Shown here piece by piece: positions 29,359 through 38,657 of a DNA stretch of 64,000 bases. The notes beneath the pieces are model-generated. The model had not been told where the DNA came from, did not search any database, and was given only the letters and a program-made list of their open reading frames with translations. The DNA comes from Longimicrobiales bacterium (GTDB lineage Bacteria; Gemmatimonadota; Gemmatimonadetes; Longimicrobiales; Gaopeijiaceae): the NCBI GenBank assembly GCA_963664435.2, contig CAXXKM010000001.1:1056001-1120000 (forward strand). The letters run 5' to 3'. The translations under genes and the position numbers were made by a program. The stretch's first letter is position 1. Every line of letters begins with the position of its first letter.

Positions 29359-32315
29359 TCATCGCCGCCACGCCGCCGCGTTCGGTATCCCGCGGCTGAA
29401 AAGGACATCGAATTCCGGCCCCGGGGACCGTCCCACGGCATCCATGGCGGCCCGGGCCGGGAGCGGCAGCTCGCGCAGAATGCCCCGCACCCGGCCGGTG
29501 CGCGGATCGCGCAGGATGGCCGTCGGGACATCGCTGTCGTCGTTCAGAGCGAATGTGCCGCCGGGACCGGCGAGGATGATGCCGGCAAGCTCGCCCGCCC
29601 ACCCGGGTTCCACCGGAAGGACAAACGCGAAGCCGGACCCGCCGTCGCCATCGGCCGCGCGGGGCATCGCGAAGCTGAACGAGAAGAGCTCGGTCCCGCC
29701 CGTGGTCCAGCCCGTCAGCGTGTACGCGCCGGCCGAGTCGGGGAGCGCCGGCGGCGCCTCGACGACAAAGGCCGGGTTCAGGAACGGCGCGCCGTCGGCG
29801 TCCGCGCCGCCCCACAGCAGGAGCGACCTTGCAGAGGCGGAGGCGACCGTCCCTGCCTCCGCGCGCGCCTCGAACAGCCGGTAGCGGAGCGCGTTGGCGA
29901 AGTGGTAGTCGCTGATCCCGTCGGGGGGGCCGCAGTACGACATCACGTCCGGGGTCGTGGGACGCACCAGTTCGCCGCGCGCGAAGTCGTAGCCCCAGGC
30001 CCCCGCCGATCCGTCCGGGTGGGGGAACGACGGGTCGGGAGCCCCCGCGCCGCCGCACGGGGCGTGATGGAGACCCAGGTTGTGGCCGAGCTCGTGCGCG
30101 ATGGTGCCCGAGCGGGGGATCGAGAAGCCCGCCCGGCCGGGGACGAACGCCGCCCCGGAGGGCCCCGTCACCGAGCCGGCCATCGTGCCCAGGTAGTGGC
30201 CGCCTCCGCCCTCCAGAACGCGGATCGCCTCCGTCTCCTCCATCAGGCGGCGGGCGTCGTTGCTCGAGCTCAGCACGGGCTCGTGCGCCGTCAGCTCGAG
30301 CGCTCCCACCGGGAGCAGCGCGCGCACGTCCGCGAGCAGCGCGTCGCCCTGCGGGTCCGCCGCCATCCCCCGGACCGCGTCCAGGATCGAGGAGTCCGGC
30401 GCCTGCGCCCACAGGAACGGAACGACCGTCAGCTCGAGCGGCGGCAGGGCCCGCACGTCGACCGCCAGCCGCCCGGTCGCGGGAATCCGCCGCGCGACGC
30501 CCAGCGCGGGGTCGAGCGTCCCGTCGGGGTCCACCTCGACGACCATCTCGAGGCCGGGCCGCACCACGCTCCCCGGGATCTCGGCGCTGACCGAGGTGGC
30601 GAGCGAGCCCTCGTCGACCCCCGTCGGAATCGTCCCGGACCCGCCCGGAACGTACTCCGCGTGCGTCTCCCGGTCGTCGACGAAGAACCGGGCCCGGACC
30701 GCCGGAACGCCGGCGCCCGCGGCCCGCGCCGCCGTCGGGAACACGCGCAGCAGCGCCTGCGCGCCCGCGACCAGCGGGACCGGGAACGCGCGCGACTGCA
30801 CCGCCTGCACCAGGTACGCCGCCGGCGCCTCCCGCCCGGCACAGGGCGCGACGCGGCGCGTGTGGACCCCGTCGAGCCAGGCCGCGAAGGCGGGGTCCGC
30901 GGGCGCGCACAGCCCCGTGCGCCCGGCCAGGAGCCGCTCGAGCCGGCCGAGCGACATCAGTTCGGCGGGAAGCGAGCCCGACATCCGGGGGTTGCCCGTG
31001 AGCGCCAGTCCGCGCAAGCTCGCGAGCCCACCGAGTTCGGGCGGCAGCGGTCCCGACAGGTCGTTGTTCTCGACGCGCAGCTCCTCGAGGGCCGGGAGGT
31101 CGCCGAGTTCGGGCGGGATCGCGCCCGTGAGCGCGTTGCCGTCGAGGGCCAGGTGCCTGAGTGCAGACAGGCCGCTCAGTTCCGACGGAATCGCGCCCGT
31201 GAGCGCGTTGTCGCTGAGCCGCAGGTATTCCAGGTGCGCCAGGTCGCCGAACTCGGGCGGCAGCCGGCCCGCCAGGCCGTTGTCCCAAAGCCGCAGTTCG
31301 ACAACCCTGCCCTGGTCGTCCACCTCGACCCCGCGCCACTCTGCGAGCGGCGCTTCCGTGAGCCAGTTCCTCGAGTCGATCCAGTCGCGCCCCACCGTCG
31401 CGGCGTGGAGCATCTCGAGGATCTCCCGGTCCGTGGCCGGCGCGCACTCCGCCCCGGTGTCCCCCAAGACCGCGATGGCGTCCAGCCATCCCCGGAACGC
31501 CTCGTCCGCCGGGGCACACAGCTCCGTGCCGGCGTAGTCCAGCTCGCCCAGCGACAGGCCGAGCAGGGTGCGCGGCAACCGCCCGGACAGCGCGTTGTCG
31601 CCGACGCGAAGCGCCGTCAGCTCGCCCAGACCCGCCGGCAGCCGCCCCGCCAGTCCGTTGCCGGTCAGGTCGAGGGTCGCGACGCGGCCCAGGGAGTCGG
31701 TCTCGACCCCGTGCCACCCCACGAGCACCGCGTCGCCCAGCCAGCCCTCCGAGTCGGTCCAGCCCGCGCCGCCCGCGGCCGCGTGCAGCGCGGTCAGCGC
31801 CGCCCGGTCTGCCTCGTTGCAGAACGGCCTCTCTCCGGTCTCCCCGATCCCGTCCAGCCAGGCCATGAACTCGGCGGTGCCCGGCGCGCAGAGACCCGCA
31901 TTCTGCTCGATGCGGAACCGCACCAGCCCGCCGACCTGCAGGAGATTCCGCGGGAGCGCGCCCGTCAGTGCGTTCCCGCTCAGGTACAGGAACTCCAGGC
32001 GCCGGAGACCGCCCAACTCCGCCGGTACCGGACCCTCGAGCCGATTGCCGTCCAGGGACAGCCCCCGCAGGTGCACGAGGCTCCCCAGCTCCGGCGGAAT
32101 CGGACCCTCGAGCCGGTTGCCGTTGAGCCACAGCCCCTCCAGACCGGCGAGATTCCCCAGCTCTGGAGGGATCGGACCCGCCAGCGCGTTGCCGCTCAGG
32201 CTCAGCGACGTCAGGCCCGCGAGATTCCCCAACTCCAGCGGAATCGTGCCCTCGAGCGTATTGCCGTCGAGCCACAGCTCCTCCAGATCGGCGAGATTCC
32301 CCAGTTCCGGCGGAA
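29359..32315 (-). pseudogene. 3' part of interrupted LRR lipoprotein: plant-type LRRs plus zinc metallopeptidase domain
   Basis: 24-aa LRRs (LxLxGNxLxGPIPPELGxL), AHELGHNLGLHH and Met-turn DVMSYC; begins mid-repeat at the element junction. Confidence 0.85.
32304..32315 (+). repeat. att core, left copy GTTCCGGCGGAA
   Basis: Identical to 38646-38657; contains palindrome TTCCG-G-CGGAA. Confidence 0.9.
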
Positions 32316-32496
32316 CTAGATATCCGTTGTCCCATGTAGTCCAATGAGGTACATGAGTGCGTTCATAACACGTTATTGGACAACCGTTTCCGGTGGTACT
32401 GTCTCGTTTCATCGTCCCTTGCCGTCCGTTGTGATCCCGTGTATTCTTCCCTGTAGAGTGATTTGGTATGTGATACACAACGGCAGGAAGGACCGC

Positions 32497-33651
32497 ATGA
32501 CGAAGCGACCCAAGACGCTTACCGCCGCCTTCGTTCGGACGGTCAGCCGACCCGGAGTCTACGGCGACGGACGAGGAGGCCGCGGGCTGAGCCTCCGGGT
32601 GTACCGGACGGCCAACGGTCGGATCACCAAAACGTGGCGTCAGCGCGTCCGGATCGACGGGCGACTCACCTCGATCGGTCTCGGTCCGTATCCCGAGGTC
32701 ACGCTCGCCGACGCCCGGGAAAAAGCGCTGGACAACAGCCGGAGGGTTCGCCGGGGACAGGATCCGCGCGGGCGCGGCGTGCCGACCTTCGCCGAGGCGG
32801 CCCGGCGGACCATCGAGCTTCACCGCGACTCGTGGAAGGCCGGGAGCCCCTTGCCTCAGCAGTGGGAATCCACGTTCCGGCTCCACGCCGCCCCGCTCCT
32901 CGACAAGCCGGTGGACCGGATCACGAGCGCGGACGTGCTCGGGTGCCTTGGCCCGATCTGGAACTCGATGCCCACGGCCGCGCGGAAGGCCAAGCACCGG
33001 ATCGCCGCCGTGTTCCGGTGGAGCATCGGCCGCAATTACCGCCGGGACAACCCGGTCGACCGGGCGGTTGCGGCGTTGCCGAAGCCGAACGGGAACCCAG
33101 GAAGCCATCACCGCGCCCTGCCGCACGGGGAGATCGCTGCGGCGCTTCGTTCCATCCGCCGGGTGGGGGACGGGAGTCTGGCTGCGTTGTGCGCCGAACT
33201 GATTGTGCTCACGGCAGTCCGTCCCGGCGAGGCGCGTGGCGCGCGGTGGGACGAGATCGACATGGACGCGGCAAGGTGGACGATTCCGGTGGCGAGGATG
33301 AAGGCGGGACGCGAGTTCACGGTCCCGCTCAGCACGGGCGTGCTGGAGGTGCTGATTCAGGCGCGCAAGCTGTCGGACAAGTCGCCGCTGGTGTTCCCGT
33401 CGCGGACCGGCCGGACGCTTGCGCCGAAGACGGTGTCGCGGGTGCTCCAGATGGCCGGGGTGGACTCGACGCTGCACGGATTCCGGTCGAGCGCCCGGTC
33501 GTGGATGGCCGAGACCGGCGTCCCGGCGGAGGTCGCGGAAGCCTGCCTCGCCCACGTTCCCAAGAGCCGGGTCGTTCAGGCGTATCAGCGCTCCGACCTG
33601 CTGGAGAGACGCGCCGAAGTCATGCAGGCTTGGAGCGACTACCTCGGGTAG
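32497..33651 (+). CDS. int: Tyrosine integrase, P4-like with N-terminal arm-binding domain
   Basis: PGVYGDGRGGRGLSLRV, IGLGPYPEVTLADARE, catalytic R (VRPGE), K (RMKAG), HGFR, LAH, AY; RBS AGGAAGGA. Confidence 0.95.
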   Translation: MTKRPKTLTAAFVRTVSRPGVYGDGRGGRGLSLRVYRTANGRITKTWRQRVRIDGRLTSIGLGPYPEVTLADAREKALDNSRRVRRGQDPRGRGVPTFAEAARRTIELHRDSWKAGSPLPQQWESTFRLHAAPLLDKPVDRITSADVLGCLGPIWNSMPTAARKAKHRIAAVFRWSIGRNYRRDNPVDRAVAALPKPNGNPGSHHRALPHGEIAAALRSIRRVGDGSLAALCAELIVLTAVRPGEARGARWDEIDMDAARWTIPVARMKAGREFTVPLSTGVLEVLIQARKLSDKSPLVFPSRTGRTLAPKTVSRVLQMAGVDSTLHGFRSSARSWMAETGVPAEVAEACLAHVPKSRVVQAYQRSDLLERRAEVMQAWSDYLG

Positions 33652-33952
33652 CCACTTGCCTCCCCCAACGCCGATCAGCACCACCCTTCCACCTCCGTAG
33701 CGCGGTTCGGCGGTCGCCCGCGACCGCGTTGCCGGCATCCACGGCGTCAGCCGGGTCGAACCGGGCCTCGTCGGACCGGTTGTCACACCTTCGGACGATC
33801 ACTCCGCGGTTCGCCAGGGGGGGATCTTGCCACGCCGCTGGCAGCGACCGCAAACGGGTCGTAGACGGCGTTGGAACCCCATGGAAGGCTGTGGAAAGGT
33901 AGGGAATTTCCGACCGTTGACGCCGTCCCGAATGGTCCACCAGCGTTCAGGC

Positions 33953-34180
33953 ATGGAGACGCTGGAAGAGCTATTCAGATCGCGGGTTAGCGCGTTCCTC
34001 GGGCGTTCGAGCCTGAGCCCGACGGCGTTCGGCAAGAAGGCGCTGGGCGACCCGAACCTGATGCGCCAGATCGGTCGGGGACGCTCGCCGACGCTGAGGA
34101 CGGCGGACCGGATTCTCTCGTTCATCGCCGAGCAGGACGGAGCATCGGGCGGTGGACGCGATCCGCCTCGACGCCCGTGA
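33953..34180 (+). CDS. Small Cro-like HTH protein
   Basis: LSPTAFGKKALGDPNLMRQIGRGRSPTLRTADRI. Confidence 0.65.
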   Translation: METLEELFRSRVSAFLGRSSLSPTAFGKKALGDPNLMRQIGRGRSPTLRTADRILSFIAEQDGASGGGRDPPRRP

Positions 34181-34228
34181 GACCGGAGACCGACCAGCAA
34201 GCAGCGAACAAGGAGGAGGAGAAGGACG

Positions 34229-34525
34229 ATGACCGAGAACACGATGGAACGGAGGATGAACCCGCCGATCCGCTTCCTGCGGCTGCCCGAGGTGATGGCG
34301 CGCACCGGCCTGTCGCGGAGCACGATCTACGTGCGGCTGGCAGAGGGGCGCTTCCCCCGGCCGGTCGCCCTGGGCGGGCGGGCCGTGGGGTGGATCGAGG
34401 CCGAGGTGGACGAATGGGTCCGCGAGCGCATCGCCGAGAGCCGGTTCGACGGCGCGCGGGCCGGTGAGCGCGGCGAGGCCGCGCGGGGGATTCGCCGGGC
34501 GGCAGAGGCCGGCCCGGTTCGATGA
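34229..34525 (+). CDS. alpA: AlpA-family regulator/excisionase
   Basis: FLRLPEVMARTGLSRSTIY...FPRPVALGGRAVGWIEAEVDEW; strong RBS. Confidence 0.93.
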   Translation: MTENTMERRMNPPIRFLRLPEVMARTGLSRSTIYVRLAEGRFPRPVALGGRAVGWIEAEVDEWVRERIAESRFDGARAGERGEAARGIRRAAEAGPVR

Positions 34526-34574
34526 GCCGGCGCGCTTCGCGGCGGTCGGGGAACAGCCCGTCGGACTCGTCTAA

Positions 34575-34700
34575 GGCCGGTGAGCCAGCACACGCGATGT
34601 TGAACATCGCGGCTGGCGAGGGGTTGCTGCGCCCCCTTCGAACCCCCGGCCTGCCGCGTCCCTGGCGGAGCAGCGGACGCGCGGGGGCGAGGCCCCCGAA
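34575..34700 (+). other. Candidate oriT region
   Basis: TGAGCCAGCACAC (34581-34593) resembles ColE1 nic region TAAGCCAGTATACAC, upstream of mobC; GC-rich hairpins follow. Confidence 0.45.
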
Positions 34701-34719
34701 ACCCGTCTCCGGTGCGACC

Positions 34720-35058
34720 GTGGCTGAGCATCGCACCGTGATGGTCGCCGCCCGGGTCACGCCCGCGGAACACGCCGCCTGGCGGGAGAAGGCGGCTGCG
34801 GCGGGCGTGTCGCCGTCCGCGCTGCTGCGCGAGGCGATGGCGCGGACCCAGACCTGGACCGCATCGGCACGGGCCGTCGAGCGCAAGCGCACCCGCCAGA
34901 TCGCGCGCATCGGAAACAACCTGAACCAGCTGGCGCGCTGGGCGAACACACACGCCTCGACGGCCGAGGCGGTCTCGGTGATCGCCCATTTGGTGTCGTT
35001 CGAGCGGTCGCTGCTCGCCGTGGCACGCATCGGCGAGGAGGCCCGCGATGCTCGTTAA
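34720..35058 (+). CDS. mobC: MobC/MbeC relaxosome accessory protein
   Basis: RHH-like ARVTPAEHAAWREKA..AGVSPSALLRE and QIARIGNNLNQLARWAN. Confidence 0.9.
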   Translation: MAEHRTVMVAARVTPAEHAAWREKAAAAGVSPSALLREAMARTQTWTASARAVERKRTRQIARIGNNLNQLARWANTHASTAEAVSVIAHLVSFERSLLAVARIGEEARDAR

Positions 35059-36571
35059 GTTCCTCTCCCATGGGAAGGGCTCGGCCCGGGCGGCGGTCGA
35101 GTATCTCGTCGGCGAGCGGGACGCGGCGGGACACGAGCGCGAAGGCGTCGAAGTCTTGCGCGGGAACCCGGAGATGGTGGCCGCCGTGGCCAACTCGCTC
35201 GACTTCGAGCGCAAGTACACGTCGGCCGTGATCGCATGGGCGCCGGAGGACCGGCCGACCGGCGAGCAGATCGGAGCCGTCCTCGACGAGTTCGAGAAGA
35301 CCGCCTGGGCGGGACTGGAGCCGGACCGCTACGCGTGGACGGCCGTCCTGCACCGCGAGCGCGGCGGTGGCGTCCACGCGCACATCCTCGCCGCGCAGTG
35401 CGACCTCCAGACCGGGCGGAGCCTGAACATCGCGCCTCCCGGCTGGCAGCAGACCTTCGCCCCGCTTCGCGACGCCTTCAACCACGAGCACGGCTGGAGC
35501 CGCCCGGACGACCCGGCGCGAGCCAGGGCGCAGCGGCCGGGCCACGTGGCCTACATCGAGGCGTCGAAGCTGCGGGCCGGACTCGAACACGAGGCGGACC
35601 CCCGCACGCTGATCCGCGACTATCTGGTGCAGCGCGTCGAGCACGGCGCGGTCAAGGGCCGCGCCGACGTGGTCTCCGCGCTGGAGGACGTGGGGCTTGA
35701 GGTGCCCCGCCAAGGCAAGGACTACATCACCGCCCGCGATCCGGAGAGCGGCAAGCGGTGGCGGCTGAAGGGAGAACTGTATGAGCGAGACTTCGAGCCC
35801 GAACGACTTGACCTCGCGGCTGAGGAGCAGGCTGGAGGCCGACCGGAAGGAGATCGAGGAGACGGCCACGCGCGAGCTCAGGCGGCTTGGCGAGAGCTTA
35901 GGCGCCGTCAGAAGCGACGCGCTGCGTTCCATCGAGGCCGATACGGTCGAGGCGACCGGGCGGATGCGCGAGTTGCTGATGAAGGCCTGGCTCCGGCCGC
36001 TGGTGGTCGGCATGAGCCTCTTCCTTGGTATCTGCGGCGGCAGCTGGGCGACGATGCACTGGTTGTCGAGGAGCATCGACTCCCGGATCGAGACCTTGGC
36101 GGAGGTCAAGCTCAGGATCGTGCGGGCGCGCGACACCTTGGCGGTGATGCACGAGACGACGTGGGGCATCGAGTTGCAGGAAATCAACGGGGATCGGTAC
36201 GTGTTGCTGCCCGCCGACACTCCGGGCCGTCCGGCATTCACCATGGACGGACGGCCCTACATGAAGCTCTCGAGAGAGTGAGGAGGGAGTTGCATGAACG
36301 ACTTGGAACGGCAGTTGACAACCGCCTTGGAGCGGTTGTCCGAGCAATACGAAACGGAACAGCGGCGGCACTGCGGACAGATCGAAACGTTGCGCGAGCA
36401 GGTCGAAGCCTTGCAGCGGCAAGTCGAGCGGCTGAGCGGGCGGGTGACGGAGTTGACCGGATACTCCGGGACCTACGGCGCAGGGCCAGGGCGCGGGTGG
36501 AGATGACGCGCCGACTGGTGGAAAAGATCAGGCGTCCCGGGCCGGATCGGGACTCGGGGCCGAGCCGGTGA
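35048..36571 (+). CDS. Relaxase, ColE1 MbeA-like
   Basis: MLVKFLSHGKGS..AVEYL, VLRGNPE, KYTSAVI, HRERGGGVHAH, GWSRPDDPAR, RLKGELYE. Confidence 0.9.
   Translation: MLVKFLSHGKGSARAAVEYLVGERDAAGHEREGVEVLRGNPEMVAAVANSLDFERKYTSAVIAWAPEDRPTGEQIGAVLDEFEKTAWAGLEPDRYAWTAVLHRERGGGVHAHILAAQCDLQTGRSLNIAPPGWQQTFAPLRDAFNHEHGWSRPDDPARARAQRPGHVAYIEASKLRAGLEHEADPRTLIRDYLVQRVEHGAVKGRADVVSALEDVGLEVPRQGKDYITARDPESGKRWRLKGELYERDFEPERLDLAAEEQAGGRPEGDRGDGHARAQAAWRELRRRQKRRAAFHRGRYGRGDRADARVADEGLAPAAGGRHEPLPWYLRRQLGDDALVVEEHRLPDRDLGGGQAQDRAGARHLGGDARDDVGHRVAGNQRGSVRVAARRHSGPSGIHHGRTALHEALERVRRELHERLGTAVDNRLGAVVRAIRNGTAAALRTDRNVARAGRSLAAASRAAERAGDGVDRILRDLRRRARARVEMTRRLVEKIRRPGPDRDSGPSR
35781..36281 (+). CDS. MbeB-like mobilization protein nested in relaxase (+1 frame)
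   Basis: RBS AAGGGAG; helical N-terminus, central TM segment (LVVGMSLFLGICGGSW), TWGIELQEINGDRYVLLP. Confidence 0.7.
   Translation: MSETSSPNDLTSRLRSRLEADRKEIEETATRELRRLGESLGAVRSDALRSIEADTVEATGRMRELLMKAWLRPLVVGMSLFLGICGGSWATMHWLSRSIDSRIETLAEVKLRIVRARDTLAVMHETTWGIELQEINGDRYVLLPADTPGRPAFTMDGRPYMKLSRE
36294..36506 (+). CDS. MbeD/MobD-like protein nested in relaxase (+1 frame)
   Basis: RBS GAGGAGG; MNDLERQLTTALERLSEQY coiled coil like MbeD. Confidence 0.75.
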   Translation: MNDLERQLTTALERLSEQYETEQRRHCGQIETLREQVEALQRQVERLSGRVTELTGYSGTYGAGPGRGWR

Positions 36572-36800
36572 TGATGCCCTTGCTGCTGGTCGGCCAAGTG
36601 GCGGCCTCAGTCCCAGAGCGACTCGAAGACCCCTGACATCAGCCGAGTCCTTCCCATTGCGGGGCTTGCCCGAACAGGCTTGCACGAAAGGCTTGATGGC
36701 TAACCACATTTGCGTTAGCATGCGGGCGTTCACGGGCCGTGTCTCCCCGACGGGTGGCGCGGCCAATCTTTGGCAAACCTCTTATGGGAGCCCAACACAG

Positions 36801-37007
36801 ATGTCATTCCTCACCCGTTCTTTCCGTGGCTTGGTCGGTTCGCTCTGCGTCGCCGCCGCGGTCGCTTTCCCTGGAACCGCTCAAGACGTCGGCGACTTGG
36901 ACCCATGCTTCGACACCTGTCACAGTGTCGCCATGCTCATCTATCTGGGCGGTGACGAGGACGGAGCGTCGGACTTCTTCGACGAGTGCATGGACACCTT
37001 TTGCTAG
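36801..37007 (+). CDS. Small secreted acidic Cys-paired peptide (element cargo)
   Basis: RBS GGGAG; signal peptide ending GTA-Q; mature part CFDTC...CMDTFC. Confidence 0.6.
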   Translation: MSFLTRSFRGLVGSLCVAAAVAFPGTAQDVGDLDPCFDTCHSVAMLIYLGGDEDGASDFFDECMDTFC

Positions 37008-37024
37008 TTGCCGGTCCTGACTCG

Positions 37025-38158
37025 GTGTTTCGCAGTTGTTGGGTGGTCGCGGCAATCTCAGCACTCGCCGCGACCGCCTGCCAGACCGAGCCCGCACATG
37101 TCGCTATACCTGAGTCGCTCGCGTTGTTTCCTGCGGCGGCGTCTCCGGCACCACTGAGCGTCAGCAGGAGCATCGCCCTCGCTGACGAAGAGACAGCCTG
37201 CGTCGTCGATTCGTTTGAATTTCGGGTGGTTTGTGGCAGGCGTGAAGGCGAAGAGGGCGTCGCATTTGGGCGGCAGGGCGATGGCCCAGGGGAGTTCCGT
37301 GGCCTCAGTTTGGTGGCCCGTGTTGGGCTTGGCCGCTTGGGCGTCGTGGACGGTAGGCTGAACCGGTTGACCATATTCAGCGCCACTGGTGACCGCGTAT
37401 CGGAGGTCACTTTGCCTCCGATGTACTTCGCCGATGGAATTCGACAGACGACCTTATTCGGGTCCGAGGTCGATCTAGCAGCGTATTCCCCGGGAGATTC
37501 GATCTTGACGCGGGTCTACTCCCAGGTGGACGTCAATTCGGGAGAGGTCACATGGACGCGCGGAGATATGAACGGGCTCGCCGATACTGAGTGCGGCGGA
37601 TTGGACAAGGGCGTGCCTCGACCGGCGGCAGGATACGTGTTCTGGGCATGTCGCAAAGAGTTGGTCTTTCTTGACTACAGTGACGCCGACGCCGCGACTG
37701 TAATCACGTCTCCAGCCTATCGGGAAGAACTCCCGAGCCAGCGTGATGTCGAGGCTTTTGCTGAGGGGCTGACGAGGCTTGGAGGTAGGATGGCCATGCC
37801 GAGGTCGGCGGCCAATCCCTACGTCGAGACATTCCGTGAAGCACCTAAGCGGTGGTTCAACGTGCCGGGCGCGCTGCTGTTTGATTCAAAGGACCGGTTG
37901 TGGGTGGCAACCACGCTCGACCGCGACACCTTCTCTTACTTCGAAATCTGGATTGGGACCGAATACGCTGGTTCCGTTCGGGTGCGGGATCGCGCGATGG
38001 GCTTCGACCTCTTCCGCAACACTCTGGCGGTATTGGTCGAACGGCAACCGGGACCCGACGGAATCGCACCTCGGGGTATCGACTGGTACGACATCCGTGA
38101 CCTCGATTGCCGAGCATCAGAGGCCGACCGAGGTTGCAGTCTAAGCCCTAGCAGCTAG
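37025..38158 (+). CDS. 6-bladed beta-propeller lipoprotein (element cargo)
   Basis: Lipobox ATAC; FGRQGDGPGEFR; FDSKDRLWV; lower GC; start uncertain. Confidence 0.75.
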   Translation: MFRSCWVVAAISALAATACQTEPAHVAIPESLALFPAAASPAPLSVSRSIALADEETACVVDSFEFRVVCGRREGEEGVAFGRQGDGPGEFRGLSLVARVGLGRLGVVDGRLNRLTIFSATGDRVSEVTLPPMYFADGIRQTTLFGSEVDLAAYSPGDSILTRVYSQVDVNSGEVTWTRGDMNGLADTECGGLDKGVPRPAAGYVFWACRKELVFLDYSDADAATVITSPAYREELPSQRDVEAFAEGLTRLGGRMAMPRSAANPYVETFREAPKRWFNVPGALLFDSKDRLWVATTLDRDTFSYFEIWIGTEYAGSVRVRDRAMGFDLFRNTLAVLVERQPGPDGIAPRGIDWYDIRDLDCRASEADRGCSLSPSS

Positions 38159-38645
38159 TAGCCCCCTTCCATCTTTGGTTTGACGCTAGGCGCGCCGGCG
38201 ATAATCGGGTGCCCCGGTCCCGATGGAGGTGAAAGGGAGGATGCTTCGTCGGGCTGCCCGGTCGCGATCAAGGGCAAACGCCGCACGAGGTAGCGCCCAA
38301 GCCACGAATGAGGCGGCTGGCCCGCCGCCCGCGGATAGGCCAACCGAAGGGGCTCGCCAGCCGGCGATATCGTTTCGACACCACGGGTATCGTCTTCGCT
38401 CTCTACTCCGCGTCCCGATGGAGGTGGCAGCGGGGCGCTTCGTTGGTTGCTCGGTCCCCGCTGAGCCTCACCCCCACGATCCGCACAACCGGTCGCTCGC
38501 CACGGCCTGACCGAACGGTTACATCCAACGGCATCCGGTGCGGTCGCGTGGATTCCTGCTCATTTCTGTATATCTCAGGTGGTACATGAACGCCAAATGT
38601 CCGTGTAACCCGTTGTAATATAGTCGTTTAGCATCGTGTGCAATG

Positions 38646-38657
38646 GTTCCGGCGGAA
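38646..38657 (+). repeat. att core, right copy GTTCCGGCGGAA
   Basis: Identical to 32304-32315. Confidence 0.9.

Larger units (their letters stand above)
32304..38657. mobile_element. Integrative mobilizable element (6,342 bp between repeats) inserted in the LRR gene
   Basis: Integrase at left end, AlpA, MobC/relaxase, cargo; flanked by 12-bp direct repeats; host gene halves on both sides join in frame. Confidence 0.92.

Noticed and set aside
30990..32315. 72-bp periodic repeats as CRISPR array or DGR template
   Set aside because: They are coding LRR units; no spacers and no reverse transcriptase in the window
32413..33786. Long N-terminal extension of ORF 29359..33786
   Set aside because: It is the antisense of the integrase; the true 5' half of the LRR gene lies at 38646-39330
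38155..38589. Short ORFs in the right end of the element
   Set aside because: No motifs or consistent coding signal; probably non-coding arm region
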